From the NCBI GenBank assembly GCA_964016885.1, contig OZ024740.1, positions 10,106,001 to 10,170,000 on the forward strand: DNA of 64,000 nt, written 5' to 3'. Within the stretch, counting starts at the first letter, position 1; every line of letters starts with the position of its first letter. Under the pieces are notes generated by a model. The model was not told the origin of the DNA, ran no database searches, and saw only the letters and a list, made by a program, of their open reading frames with translations. Below, piece after piece: positions 10,645 through 20,400 of this stretch. Source of the DNA: Eledone cirrhosa. Taxonomy: Eukaryota. The position numbers and the translations under genes were made by a program.

Positions 10645-10867
10645 GTGTGCGTATGTGTATGTGTGTGTGTGTATATATATGTGTGTGTGTGTATATGTAT
10701 ACGTATATGTGTATGAATATGTATATATATATATATATATATATTGTATGTAGTTAGAGACAGAGACAGATAGATGGGAAGCAAGTTCTCAACCAAAACA
10801 TTGATACACATATTTCCCACAACATAGAGCTGTAAACTGGATTGTTTCATTACATATATATATATTC

Positions 10868-10917
<50 letters not shown>
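9385..10917. repeat. Cluster of (TA)n, (TG)n and (CA)n microsatellites (9385-9480, 9645-9910, 10114-10168, 10457-10745, 10852-10917)
   Basis: Dinucleotide arrays seen directly; they account for the YIYI/CVCV ORFs. Confidence 0.95.
9911..10113 (+). mobile_element. Palindromic (TA)n-embedded element, copy 2
   Basis: Hairpin 9911-10036 followed by the tail CACTCTACTACCCTAAGTATTGAGTACTCTGG...CCACAATTCCTTTGT; TA repeats on both sides. Confidence 0.85.
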
Positions 10918-10919
<2 letters not shown>

Positions 10920-11027
10920 ATCAAGGAGAGTGCAATTACTTGTATCTTTTATGAACATAGCACAGCAGAAAACTCATCGATTTCCAGAAATGGATGGGTT
11001 CTTTGTCTGACTATATATTTATATATA

Positions 11028-11215
11028 ATGAAGGAAGTGTGGTAAGGAACCAGGTGGACCATAACGCACCAGAGTACTCAATACTTTGGGTAGTAGAGTT
11101 GGTAATAGGAAAAGTTTCAGGACCCCAACAGCAGAGCTCAAGCCGTTTCGACGGCTATTTCCAGAAATAGCTGTTGAAACGGCTTGAGCTCTGCCGTCAG
11201 GGTCCTGAATCTTTT

Positions 11216-11220
<5 letters not shown>
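11028..11220 (-). mobile_element. Palindromic (TA)n-embedded element, copy 3 (inverted, variant subfamily)
   Basis: Reverse-oriented tail at 11028-11104, hairpin at 11105-11220 with a shorter centre (CTATTTC-CA-GAAATAG); TA repeats on both sides. Confidence 0.85.
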
Positions 11221-11253
<33 letters not shown>

Positions 11254-11379
11254 TGTAATTTAGTTACTGATGGTTCACTAATGTGAGCACTAAATACTAA
11301 TATTTGTGTCCAGCAGCTGATGTGGTATTCCATATTTGGTATTACATCATAGTCGGTATCCTTTATAAGCTGAGTGTTA

Positions 11380-11590
11380 ATAATAATAATAATGATTTTT
11401 ACTTTAGGCACAAGGCACCAATTTGGGGGTAGGGGAAAGTCAACTGAATCAACCCCAGTGCAATACTGGTGCTTTATTTTATTGACCACCGTAAGGATGG
11501 AAGTCAAATTTAAACTCAGACCATAAAGGGACTTAACTCTTAAAGCATTGTGTCTGAGACTCTACCAATACTGCCAATCTACTGCCCTCA
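11380..11590 (-). mobile_element. SINE family A copy (older)
   Basis: TAATAATAAT tail, then TTTAGGCACAAGG..CCCCAGTG..ACTGGT..TTTATTTTATTGACC..AACTCAGA..CTCTACCAATACTGCCAATC. Confidence 0.7.
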
Positions 11591-11594
11591 AGGG

Positions 11595-11928
11595 CCCACT
11601 GTGTGGGGTTATTTATATCTTCTTGTGTATGTGGGGGCCTTAGGTTGATATCGTTCACCTAGTTGAAATCAGAGATCAGTTTCCAGAGCCCACTACAAGG
11701 AGGTCAACAACTTGAGCCCTAATCATATATATCTTCTTCTTGTGTATCAGTTGATCTCAGGTTGTTGTCGTTAACCTAGTTAAGATCAGAGATCATCTTC
11801 CAGGACCCACTATGAGGAGATCAACTTGAGCCCTAGTCTATATAACTACTTCTTCTAGTGTATGTGTTGGTCTCAGGTTGTTGTTTGCCTGGTCTAGATC
11901 AGAGATCAGTTTACAACAAACTTGAGCC
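11595..11928. repeat. Degenerate ~115-bp tandem repeat, about 3 copies
   Basis: CCCACT at 11595/11689/11806, TCAGAGATCA at 11669/11786/11899, and AACTTGAGCC three times. Confidence 0.8.
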
Positions 11929-11999
11929 TCCTACTTTTGTTATAACTGTGTGAGTAAATTTGTTCTTATATTGTTCTATGGAATGGTCTACAAGTATAT

Positions 12000-12270
12000 T
12001 GGGGTAGCCTTTATTAACTAAGATTTGTTTCTCACATGGCTTAGCATCTACGGAGAGACCAGAATCATGTAATCTTTTAAGGATAAGGATATTTTTAATT
12101 GTGTAAAGTTCACATCTGTTATTTCCGTTTTTGTTAGCTCATCATCCTTAAATCATCTTCCATTTGGTGTTGTCATTGTCTGTGTTATCTTTTAATTACT
12201 CTTCTTTCTCATAATGTTTATGGAAGTAGTTTTTCAAATTTTTACACAGTGGATAACATGTAACAAGATC
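12000..12270 (-). mobile_element. Degenerate Penelope-like endonuclease C-terminal fragment
   Basis: Minus strand reads E*LKDNTDNDNTKWKMI*G**ANKNGNNRCELYTIKNILIL, resembling the PLE motif W.LKD....Y.IKW.I......Y.NG..RC.LC..EK..I. Confidence 0.55.
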
Positions 12271-12368
12271 TCATTGTGTAATCAAGTTAAACTAATGATT
12301 TTCTAATTATCTACAAATTAAGACATGAAACTTAATAATTAACATCTAATCCATAGTTTGTAATATAT

Positions 12369-12690
12369 CATCGTCATTTAATGTCCATTTTCCACGCTAG
12401 CATGGGCTAGACGAGCTGACCCGTTGTGAGACAACCATGTCAAGGGACCATATTTTGCTCACTCAGAACTGTGCTTCTACAGTTGGATGCCCTTCCTAAC
12501 ACCATATATATATATATATTTATTTACAGTCCACACAGTAAGGGCATCCAGCCATAGAAACCAAGCTGGAAACAGTTCTGTATGAGCCAGACATTGTCAC
12601 TTGATCTAATTTGTCTGACAGTGGAACAACTTGTCTAACCCATGCTAGCGTGGAAAATGGATGTTAAACAGGGATGATGATAATAATAAT
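12369..12690. mobile_element. Two RTE-tail retroposons in opposite orientation (12369-12503 on -, 12540-12690 on +)
   Basis: CATTTTCCACGCTAGCATGGG..GGATGCCCTT on the left is the reverse complement of AGGGCATCC..CCCATGCTAGCGTGGAAAATG+GATGATGATAAT on the right. Confidence 0.7.
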
Positions 12691-13037
12691 ATGAAAATTA
12701 TGATAACTACTAGGTATTGATTTACTGATTACTATATCAGCAGAAACTCTGCTGTTGTGCATTAAATAACTAAAATACTAAGTACGCAATGCTGAATGTA
12801 TGTATCTAACATAGGAGTTCATGAGTAGAGTGTGGAAAATATTTTTTCGTAACAAAAACAAATATTTATTTTTCTCTATTTCCTTTGTTTTATGCTCCAT
12901 ATGCATAAACACTGTCTTGGTGTTACTGCTAATTAAGTATAAGCAGCCAGGTTTGCACAATATGCAAATGAGTATTTCCAGCAAGTGTTCATGTAAAATT
13001 CTATATAGAGTCTAGTCTATTTCCATGTCTGTATGGA

Positions 13038-13100
13038 TTGAGTAAGTGCCACTGATGAAAGATTAACAAATCCTGAAACAGTGCTGTCTGACATTCTCAA
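13038..13100 (+). ncRNA. Minimal type I hammerhead ribozyme (Penelope-like element type)
   Basis: Stem I 5' AGTGCCA (13045-51); core CTGATGA (13052-58); stem II AAGATT-AACA-AATCCT; GAAA (13075-78); stem III ACAG-TG-CTGT; cleavage triplet GTC (13086-88); stem I 3' TGACATT; distal pair TTGAG/CTCAA. Stems I and II each have one mismatch. Confidence 0.75.
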
Positions 13101-13567
13101 AATGTTCTGCAACTTCTGTGAGATATTCACAAAGGAAAATAGAGAAAGACTTTTTTTTTCTCTCTTATGAAAAAACTAAGTATGCTGTCAAATTTGGATA
13201 TACCGTAAATGTTTTTACGAAATTCACTATATATATATATTTACACACTAAAAGACCGATAAGTTTCAAAAAGCTAGTACAATGCAGTAGAAATATACAA
13301 GGGGCAAATGATGACAAATAAAACAAAATAAATAATATTTTACCCATAGGATTTTAGCATATTTCAGGGTTAATACTCACTTTTCAAATGTGGAGCTGAG
13401 ACAGTCCAAAACAAAATATCCTTTGCTCTATTTCTACTGCATTTTATCAGCTTTTTGAAAATTATTGGTCTTTTATTATATATCTCACAATACTTCATAT
13501 TAATTACACTACTTTATATATATATACGAATGAAAAATGGCGTGCTGTGTTGTTGCGAATGTGATAC

Positions 13568-13987
13568 ATATGAAGTAAAAATTAGAAAGAGAAGCCAGGA
13601 CTATCCATCATCAGGGATCTGCTAGCCATCATAGGTATTTCTTCACATTAAAGATCAGATACCTCAGGCTAGCACGAGCAATAACTAAAATAAGTTATTG
13701 GGATAAAAAGAATTGGGTGGAGAAAGAGAGACAGGTAAACAAACAAGAATGGTGAGGCAACGTAAAGAGAGGAAAAATGAGAAAATCAAGTCAGTGATTC
13801 ATTTGAACATGTTTGTTTACCTGTCTCTCTTTCTCCACCCAATTCTTTTTATCCCAATAACTTATTTTAGTTATTGTTCGTGCTAGCGTGAGGTATCTGA
13901 TCTTTAATGTGAAGAAATACCTATGATGGCTAGTAGATCCCTGATGATGGATAGTCCCGGCTTCTCTTTCTAATTTGTACTTCATAT
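13568..13987. repeat. Long inverted repeat: 178-bp arms (13568-13745 and 13810-13987) with a 64-bp spacer; probably an inverted PLE terminal repeat
   Basis: The arms are reverse complements with about 5 substitutions. Each contains GATCC-CTGATGA-TGGATAGTCC. The right end abuts (TA)n. Confidence 0.9.
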
Positions 13988-13999
13988 ATATATATAAGC

Positions 14000-14140
14000 C
14001 TCATCACCTTTTCATGTCCATTTTTCCATGCTAGCATGGGTTATATAAGTTGCCCCATTGTGAGACAAGCCAGGTCTAATGGCCATGGCTTGCCTCATAT
14101 AGAACTGGTTTTGGATTGGTTTCTATGACTGGATACTCAT
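14000..14140 (-). mobile_element. RTE-tail retroposon fragment
   Basis: TCATCA..TGTCCATTTTTCCATGCTAGCATGGGTT..TTGTGAGACAA..AGAACTG..GGATA, homologous to 12369-12503. Confidence 0.65.
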
Positions 14141-14253
14141 GTATATATATGTATGTATGTAAAAGGTAAACAGAAATAACAACACAATCGGTACAGTATA
14201 TGGCAGGGATATATTAGGTTAATGCTTGATATAGCAGGAAGAGGGTCTTAACG

Positions 14254-14453
14254 NNNNNNNNNNNNNNNNNNNNNNNNNNNNNNNNNNNNNNNNNNNNNNN
14301 NNNNNNNNNNNNNNNNNNNNNNNNNNNNNNNNNNNNNNNNNNNNNNNNNNNNNNNNNNNNNNNNNNNNNNNNNNNNNNNNNNNNNNNNNNNNNNNNNNNN
14401 NNNNNNNNNNNNNNNNNNNNNNNNNNNNNNNNNNNNNNNNNNNNNNNNNNNNN
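14254..14453. other. Assembly (scaffolding) gap of 200 N
   Basis: Exactly 200 consecutive N; the round size suggests a placeholder rather than a measured gap. Confidence 0.98.
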
Positions 14454-17400
14454 GGGTTATAGTATAGAGTGTATATAGGGTCATAGTATAAAGTGTATAT
14501 AGGGTTATAGTATAGAGTGTATATAGGTGTTATAGTATAGAGTGTATATAGGTGTTATAGTATAGAGTGTATATAGGGTTATAGTATAGAGTGTATATAG
14601 GTGTTATAGTATAGAGTGTATATAGGGTTATAGTATAGAGTGTATATAGGGTTATAGTATAAAGTGTATATAGGGTTATAGTATAGAGTGTATATAGGGT
14701 TAAAGTATAGAGTGTATATAGGGGTTATAGTATAGAGTGTATATAGGTGTTATAGTATAGAGTGTATATAGGGTTATAGTATAGAGTGTATATAGGGTTA
14801 TAGTATAGAGTGTATATAGGTGTTATAGTATAGAGTGTATATAGGGTTATAGTATAGAGTGTATATAGGGTTATAGTATAGAGTGTATATAGGTGTTATA
14901 GTATAGAGTGTATATAGGTGTTATAGTATAGAGTGTATATAGGGTTATAGTATAGAGTGTATAGAGGGTTATAGTATAGAGTGTATATAGGTGTTATAGT
15001 ATAGAGTGTATATAGGTGTTATAGTATAGAGTGTATATAGGGTTATAGTATAAAGTGTATATAGGGTTATAGTATAGAGTGTATATAGGGTTATAGTATA
15101 GAGTGTATATAGGGTTATAGTATAGAGTGTATATAGGTGTTATAGTATAGAGTGTATATAGGTGTTATAGTATAGAGTGTATATAGGTGTTATAGTATAG
15201 AGTGTATATAGGGTTATAGTATAGAGTGTATATAGGTGTTATAGTATAGAGTGTATATAAGGTGTTTATAGTATAGAGTGTATATAGGTGTTATAGTATA
15301 GAGTGTATATAGGGTTATAGTATAGAGTGTATATAGGGTTATAGTATAGGAGTGTATATAGGTGTTATAGTATAGAGTGTATATAGGTGTTATAGTATAG
15401 AGTGTATATAGGTGTTATAGTATAGAGTGTATATAGGTGTTATAGTATAGAGTGTATATAGGGTTATAGTATAGAGTGTATATAGGGTTATAGTATAGAA
15501 GTGTATATAGGGTTTATTAGGTTATAAGAGTGTATATAGGTGTTATAGTATAGAGTGTATATAGGTGTTATAGTATAGAGTGTATATAGGGTTATAGTAT
15601 AGAGTGTATATAGGGTTATAGTATAGAGTGTATATAGGTGTTATAGTATAGAGTGTATATAGGTGTTATAGTATAGAGTGTATATAGGGTTATAGTATAG
15701 AGTGTATATAGGGTTATAGTATAGAGTGTATATAGGTGTTATAGTATAGAGTGTATATAGGTGTTATAGTATAGAGTGTATATAGGGTTATAGTATAGAG
15801 TGTATATAGGGTTATAGTATAGAGTGTGTATAGGTGTTATAGTATAGAGTGTATATAGGGTTATAGTATAGAGTGTATATAGGGTTATAGTATAGAGTGT
15901 ATATAGGTGTTATCGTATAGAGTGTGTATAGGTGTTATAGTATAGAGTGTATATAGGGTTATAGTATAGAGTGTATATAGGGTTATAGTATAGAGTGTAT
16001 ATAGGTGTTATAGTATAGAGTGTATATAGGTGTTATAGTATAGAGTGTGTATAGGTGTTATAGTATAGAGTGTATATAGGTTTATAGTATAGAGTGTATA
16101 TAGGGTTATAGTATAGAGTGTATATAGGTGTTATAGTATAGAGTGTATATAGGGTTATAGTATAGAGTGTATATAGGTGTTATAGTATAGAGTGTATTAT
16201 AGGGTTATAGTATAGAGTATACATAGGTGTTATAGTATAGAGTGTATATAGGTGTTATAGTATAGAGTGTGTATAGGTGTTATAGTATAGAGTGTATATA
16301 GGGTTATAGTATAGAGTGTATATAGGGTTATAGTATAGAGTGTATATAGGTGTTATAGTATAGAGTGTATATAGGGTTATAGTATAGAGTGTATATAGGG
16401 TTATAGTATAGAGTGTATATAGGTGTTATAGTATAGAGTGTATATAGGTGTTATAGTATAGAGTGTATATAGGGTTTATAGTATATAGTGTATATAGGGT
16501 TATAGTATAGATTGTATATAGGTGTTATAGTATAGAGTGTATATAGGTGTTATAGTATAGAGTGTATATAGGGTTATAGTATAGAGTGTATATAGGGTTA
16601 TAGTATAGAGTGTATATAGGTGTTATAGTATAGAGTGTATATAGGTGTTATAGTATAGAGTGTATATAGGGTTATAGTATAGATTGTATATAGGGTTATA
16701 GTATAGAGTGTATATAGGTGTTATAGTATAGAGTGTATATAGGTGTTATAGTATAAAGTGTATATAGGGTTATAGTATAAAGTGTATATAGGGTTATAGT
16801 ATAGAGTGTATATAGGGTTATAGTATAGAGTGTATATAGGGTTATAGTATAGAGTGTATATAGGTCTTATAGTATAGAGTATATATAGGTGTTATAGTAT
16901 AGAGTGTATATAGGGTTATAGTATAGAGTGTATATAGGGTTATAGTATAGAGTGTATATAGGTGTTATAGTATATGGTATATATAGGTGTTATAGTATAG
17001 AGTGTATATAGGTGTTATAGTATAGAGTGTATATAGGGTTATAGTATAGAGTGTATATAGGGTCATAGTATAAAGTGTATATAGGGTTATAGTATAGAGT
17101 GTATATAGGTGTTATAGTATAGAGTGTATATAGGTGTTATAGTATAGAGTGTATATAGGGTTATAGTATAGAGTGTATATAGGTGTTATAGTATAGAGTG
17201 TATATAGGGTTATAGTATAGAGTGTATATAGGGTTATAGTATAAAGTGTATATAGGGTTATAGTATAGAGTGTATATAGGGTTAAAGTATAGAGTGTATA
17301 TAGGGTTAATTATATAGAGTGTATATAGGTGTTATAGTATAGAGTGTATATAGGGTTATAGTATAGAGTGTATATAGGGTTATAGTATAGAGTGTATATA

Positions 17401-20400
17401 GGTGTTTATAGTATAGAGTGTATATAGGGTTATAGTATAGAGTGTATATAGGGTTATAGTATAGAGTGTATATAGGTGTTATAGTATAGAGTGTATATAG
17501 GTGTTATAGTATAGAGGTGTATATAGGGTTATAGTATAGAGTGTATAGAGGGTTATAGTATAGAGTGTATATAGGTGTTATAGTATTAGAGTGTATATAG
17601 GTGTTATAGTATAAGAGTGTATATAGGGTTATAGTATATAGTGTATATAGGGTTATAGTATAGAGTGTATATAGGGTTATTGTATAGAGTGTATATAGGG
17701 TTATAGTATAGAGTGTATATAGGTGTTTATAGTATAGAGTATATATAGGTGTTATAGTATAGAGTGTATATAGGTGTTATAGTATAGAGTGTATATAGGG
17801 TTATAGTATAAAGTGTATATAGGGTTATAGTATAGAGTGTATATAGGTGTTATAGTATAGAGTGTATATAGGTGTTATAGTATAGAGTGTATATAGGGGT
17901 TATAGTATAGAGTGTATATAGGGTTATAGTATAGAGTGTATATAGGTGTTATAGTATAGAGTGTATATTAGGTGTTATAGTATAGAGTGTATATAGGGTT
18001 ATAGTATAGAGTGTATATAGGGGTTATAGTATAGAGTGTATATAGGTGTTATAGTATAGAGTGTATATAGGGTTATAGTATAGAGTGTATATAGGGTTAT
18101 AGTATAGAGTGTATATAGGTGTTATAGTATAGAGTGTATATAGGTGTTATAGTATAGAGTGTATATAGGGTTATAGTATATAGTGTATATAGGTATAGTA
18201 TAGATTGTTAGGTGTTATAGTATAGAGTGTATATAGGTGTTATAGTATAGAGTGTATATAGGGTTATAGTATAGAGTGTATATAGGGTTATAGTATAGAG
18301 TGTATATAGGTGTTATAGTATAGAGTGTATATAGGTGTTATAGTATAGAGTGTATATAGGGTTATAGTATAGAGTGTATATAGGGTTATAGTATAGAGTG
18401 TGTATAGGTGTTATAGTATAGAGTGTATATAGGGGTTATAGTATAGAGTGTATATAGGGTTATAGTATAGAGTGTATATAGGTGTTATAGTATAGAGTGT
18501 GTATAGGTGTTATAGTATAGAGTGTATATAGGGTTATAGTATAGAGTGTATATAGGGTTATAGTATAGAGTGTATATAGGTGTTATAGTATAGAGTGTAT
18601 ATTAGGTGTTATAGTATAGAGTGTGTATAGGTGTTATAGTATAGAGTGTATATAGGTTTATAGTATAGAGTGTATATAGGGTTTTATGTATTAGAGTGTA
18701 TATAGGTGTTATAGTATAGAGTGTATATAGGGTTATAGTATAGAGTGTATATAGGTGTTATGTTTAGAGTGTATTTAGGGTTATAGTATAGTGTATAATT
18801 GGTGTTTGTAGTATAGAGTGTATTTGGTGTTATAGTATAGAGTGGTGTATAGGTGTTATAGTATAGAGTGTATATAGGGTTATAGTATAGAGTGTATTAG
18901 GGTTATAGTATTGAGTGTATATAGGTGTTATAGTATAGAGTGTATATAGGGTTATAGTATAGAGTGTATATAGGGTTATAGTATAGAGTGTATATAGGTG
19001 TTATAGTATAGAGTGTATATAGGTGTTATAGTATAGAGTGTATATAGGGTTATAGTATATAGTGTATATAGGGTTATAGTATAGTTTGTATATAGGTGTT
19101 ATAGTATAGAGTGTATATAGGTGTTATAGTATAGAGTGTATATAGGGTTATAGTATAGAGTGTATATAGGGTTTATAGTATAGAGTGTATATAGGTGTTA
19201 TAGTATAGAGTGTATATAGGGTTATAGTATAGAGTGTATTTGGGTTATAGTATAGAGTGTATATAGGGTTATAGTATAGAGTGTTTATAGGTGTTATAGT
19301 TTAGAGTGTATAGAGGGTTATAGTATAGAGTGTATATAGGGTTATAGTATTAGTGTGTATATAGGGGTTATAGTATAGAGTGTATATAGGTGTTATAGTA
19401 TAGAGTGTGTATTAGGTGTTTATAGTATAGAGTGTATATAGGGGTTATAGTATAGAGTGTATATAGGGTTATAGTATAGAGTGTATATAGGGTTATAGTA
19501 TAGAGTGTATATAGGGGTTATAGTATAGAGTGTATATAGGTGTTATAGTATAGAGTGTATATAGGGTTATAGTATAGAGTTTACATAGGTGTTATAGTAT
19601 AGAGTGTATATAGGGTTATAGTATAGAGTGTATATAGGGTTATAGTATAGAGTGTATATAGGGTTATAGTATAGAGTGTATATAGGTGTTATAGTATAGA
19701 GTGTATATAGGGTTATAGTATAGAGTTTATCATAGGTGTTATAGTATAGAGTGTATATAGGGTTATAGTATAGAGTGTATATAGGTGTTATAGTTTAGAG
19801 TATATATAGGTGTTATAGTATAGAGTGTATATAGGTGTTATAGTATAGAGTGTATATAGGGTTATAGTATAAGTGTATATAGGGTTATAGTATAGAGTGT
19901 ATATAGGGTTATAGTATAGAGTGTATATAGGGTTATAGTATAGAGTGTATATAGGTGTTATAGTATAGAGTGTATATAGGTATTAGAGTATAGAGTGTAT
20001 ATAGGTGTTATAGTATAGAGTGTATATAGGGTTATAGTATAGAGTGTATATAGGGTTATAGTATAGAGTGTTATAGGTGTTATAGTATAGAGTGTATATA
20101 GGGTTATAGTATAGAGTGTATATAGGAGTTATAGTATAGATTGTATATAGGTGTTATAGTATAGAGTGTATATAGGTGTTATAGTATAGAGTGTATATAG
20201 GGTTATAGTATAGAGTGTATATAGGGTTATAGTATAGAGTGTATATAGGTGTTATAGTATAGAGTGTATATAGGTGTTATAGTATAGAGTGTATATAGGG
20301 TTATAGTATAGAGTGTATATAGGGTTATAGTTATAGAGTGTATATAGGTGTTATAGTATAGAGTGTATATAGGTGTTATAGTATAGAGTGTATATAGGGT

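Noticed and set aside
9247-11045. Many [12 protein letters not shown] ORFs
   Set aside because: Translations of (TA)n, (TG)n and (CA)n microsatellites.
14160-14253. Minus-strand CGTTAAGACCCTC next to the gap, possibly the 3' side of another minimal hammerhead (GAAACGTTA)
   Set aside because: The diagnostic core would lie inside the N gap and cannot be verified.
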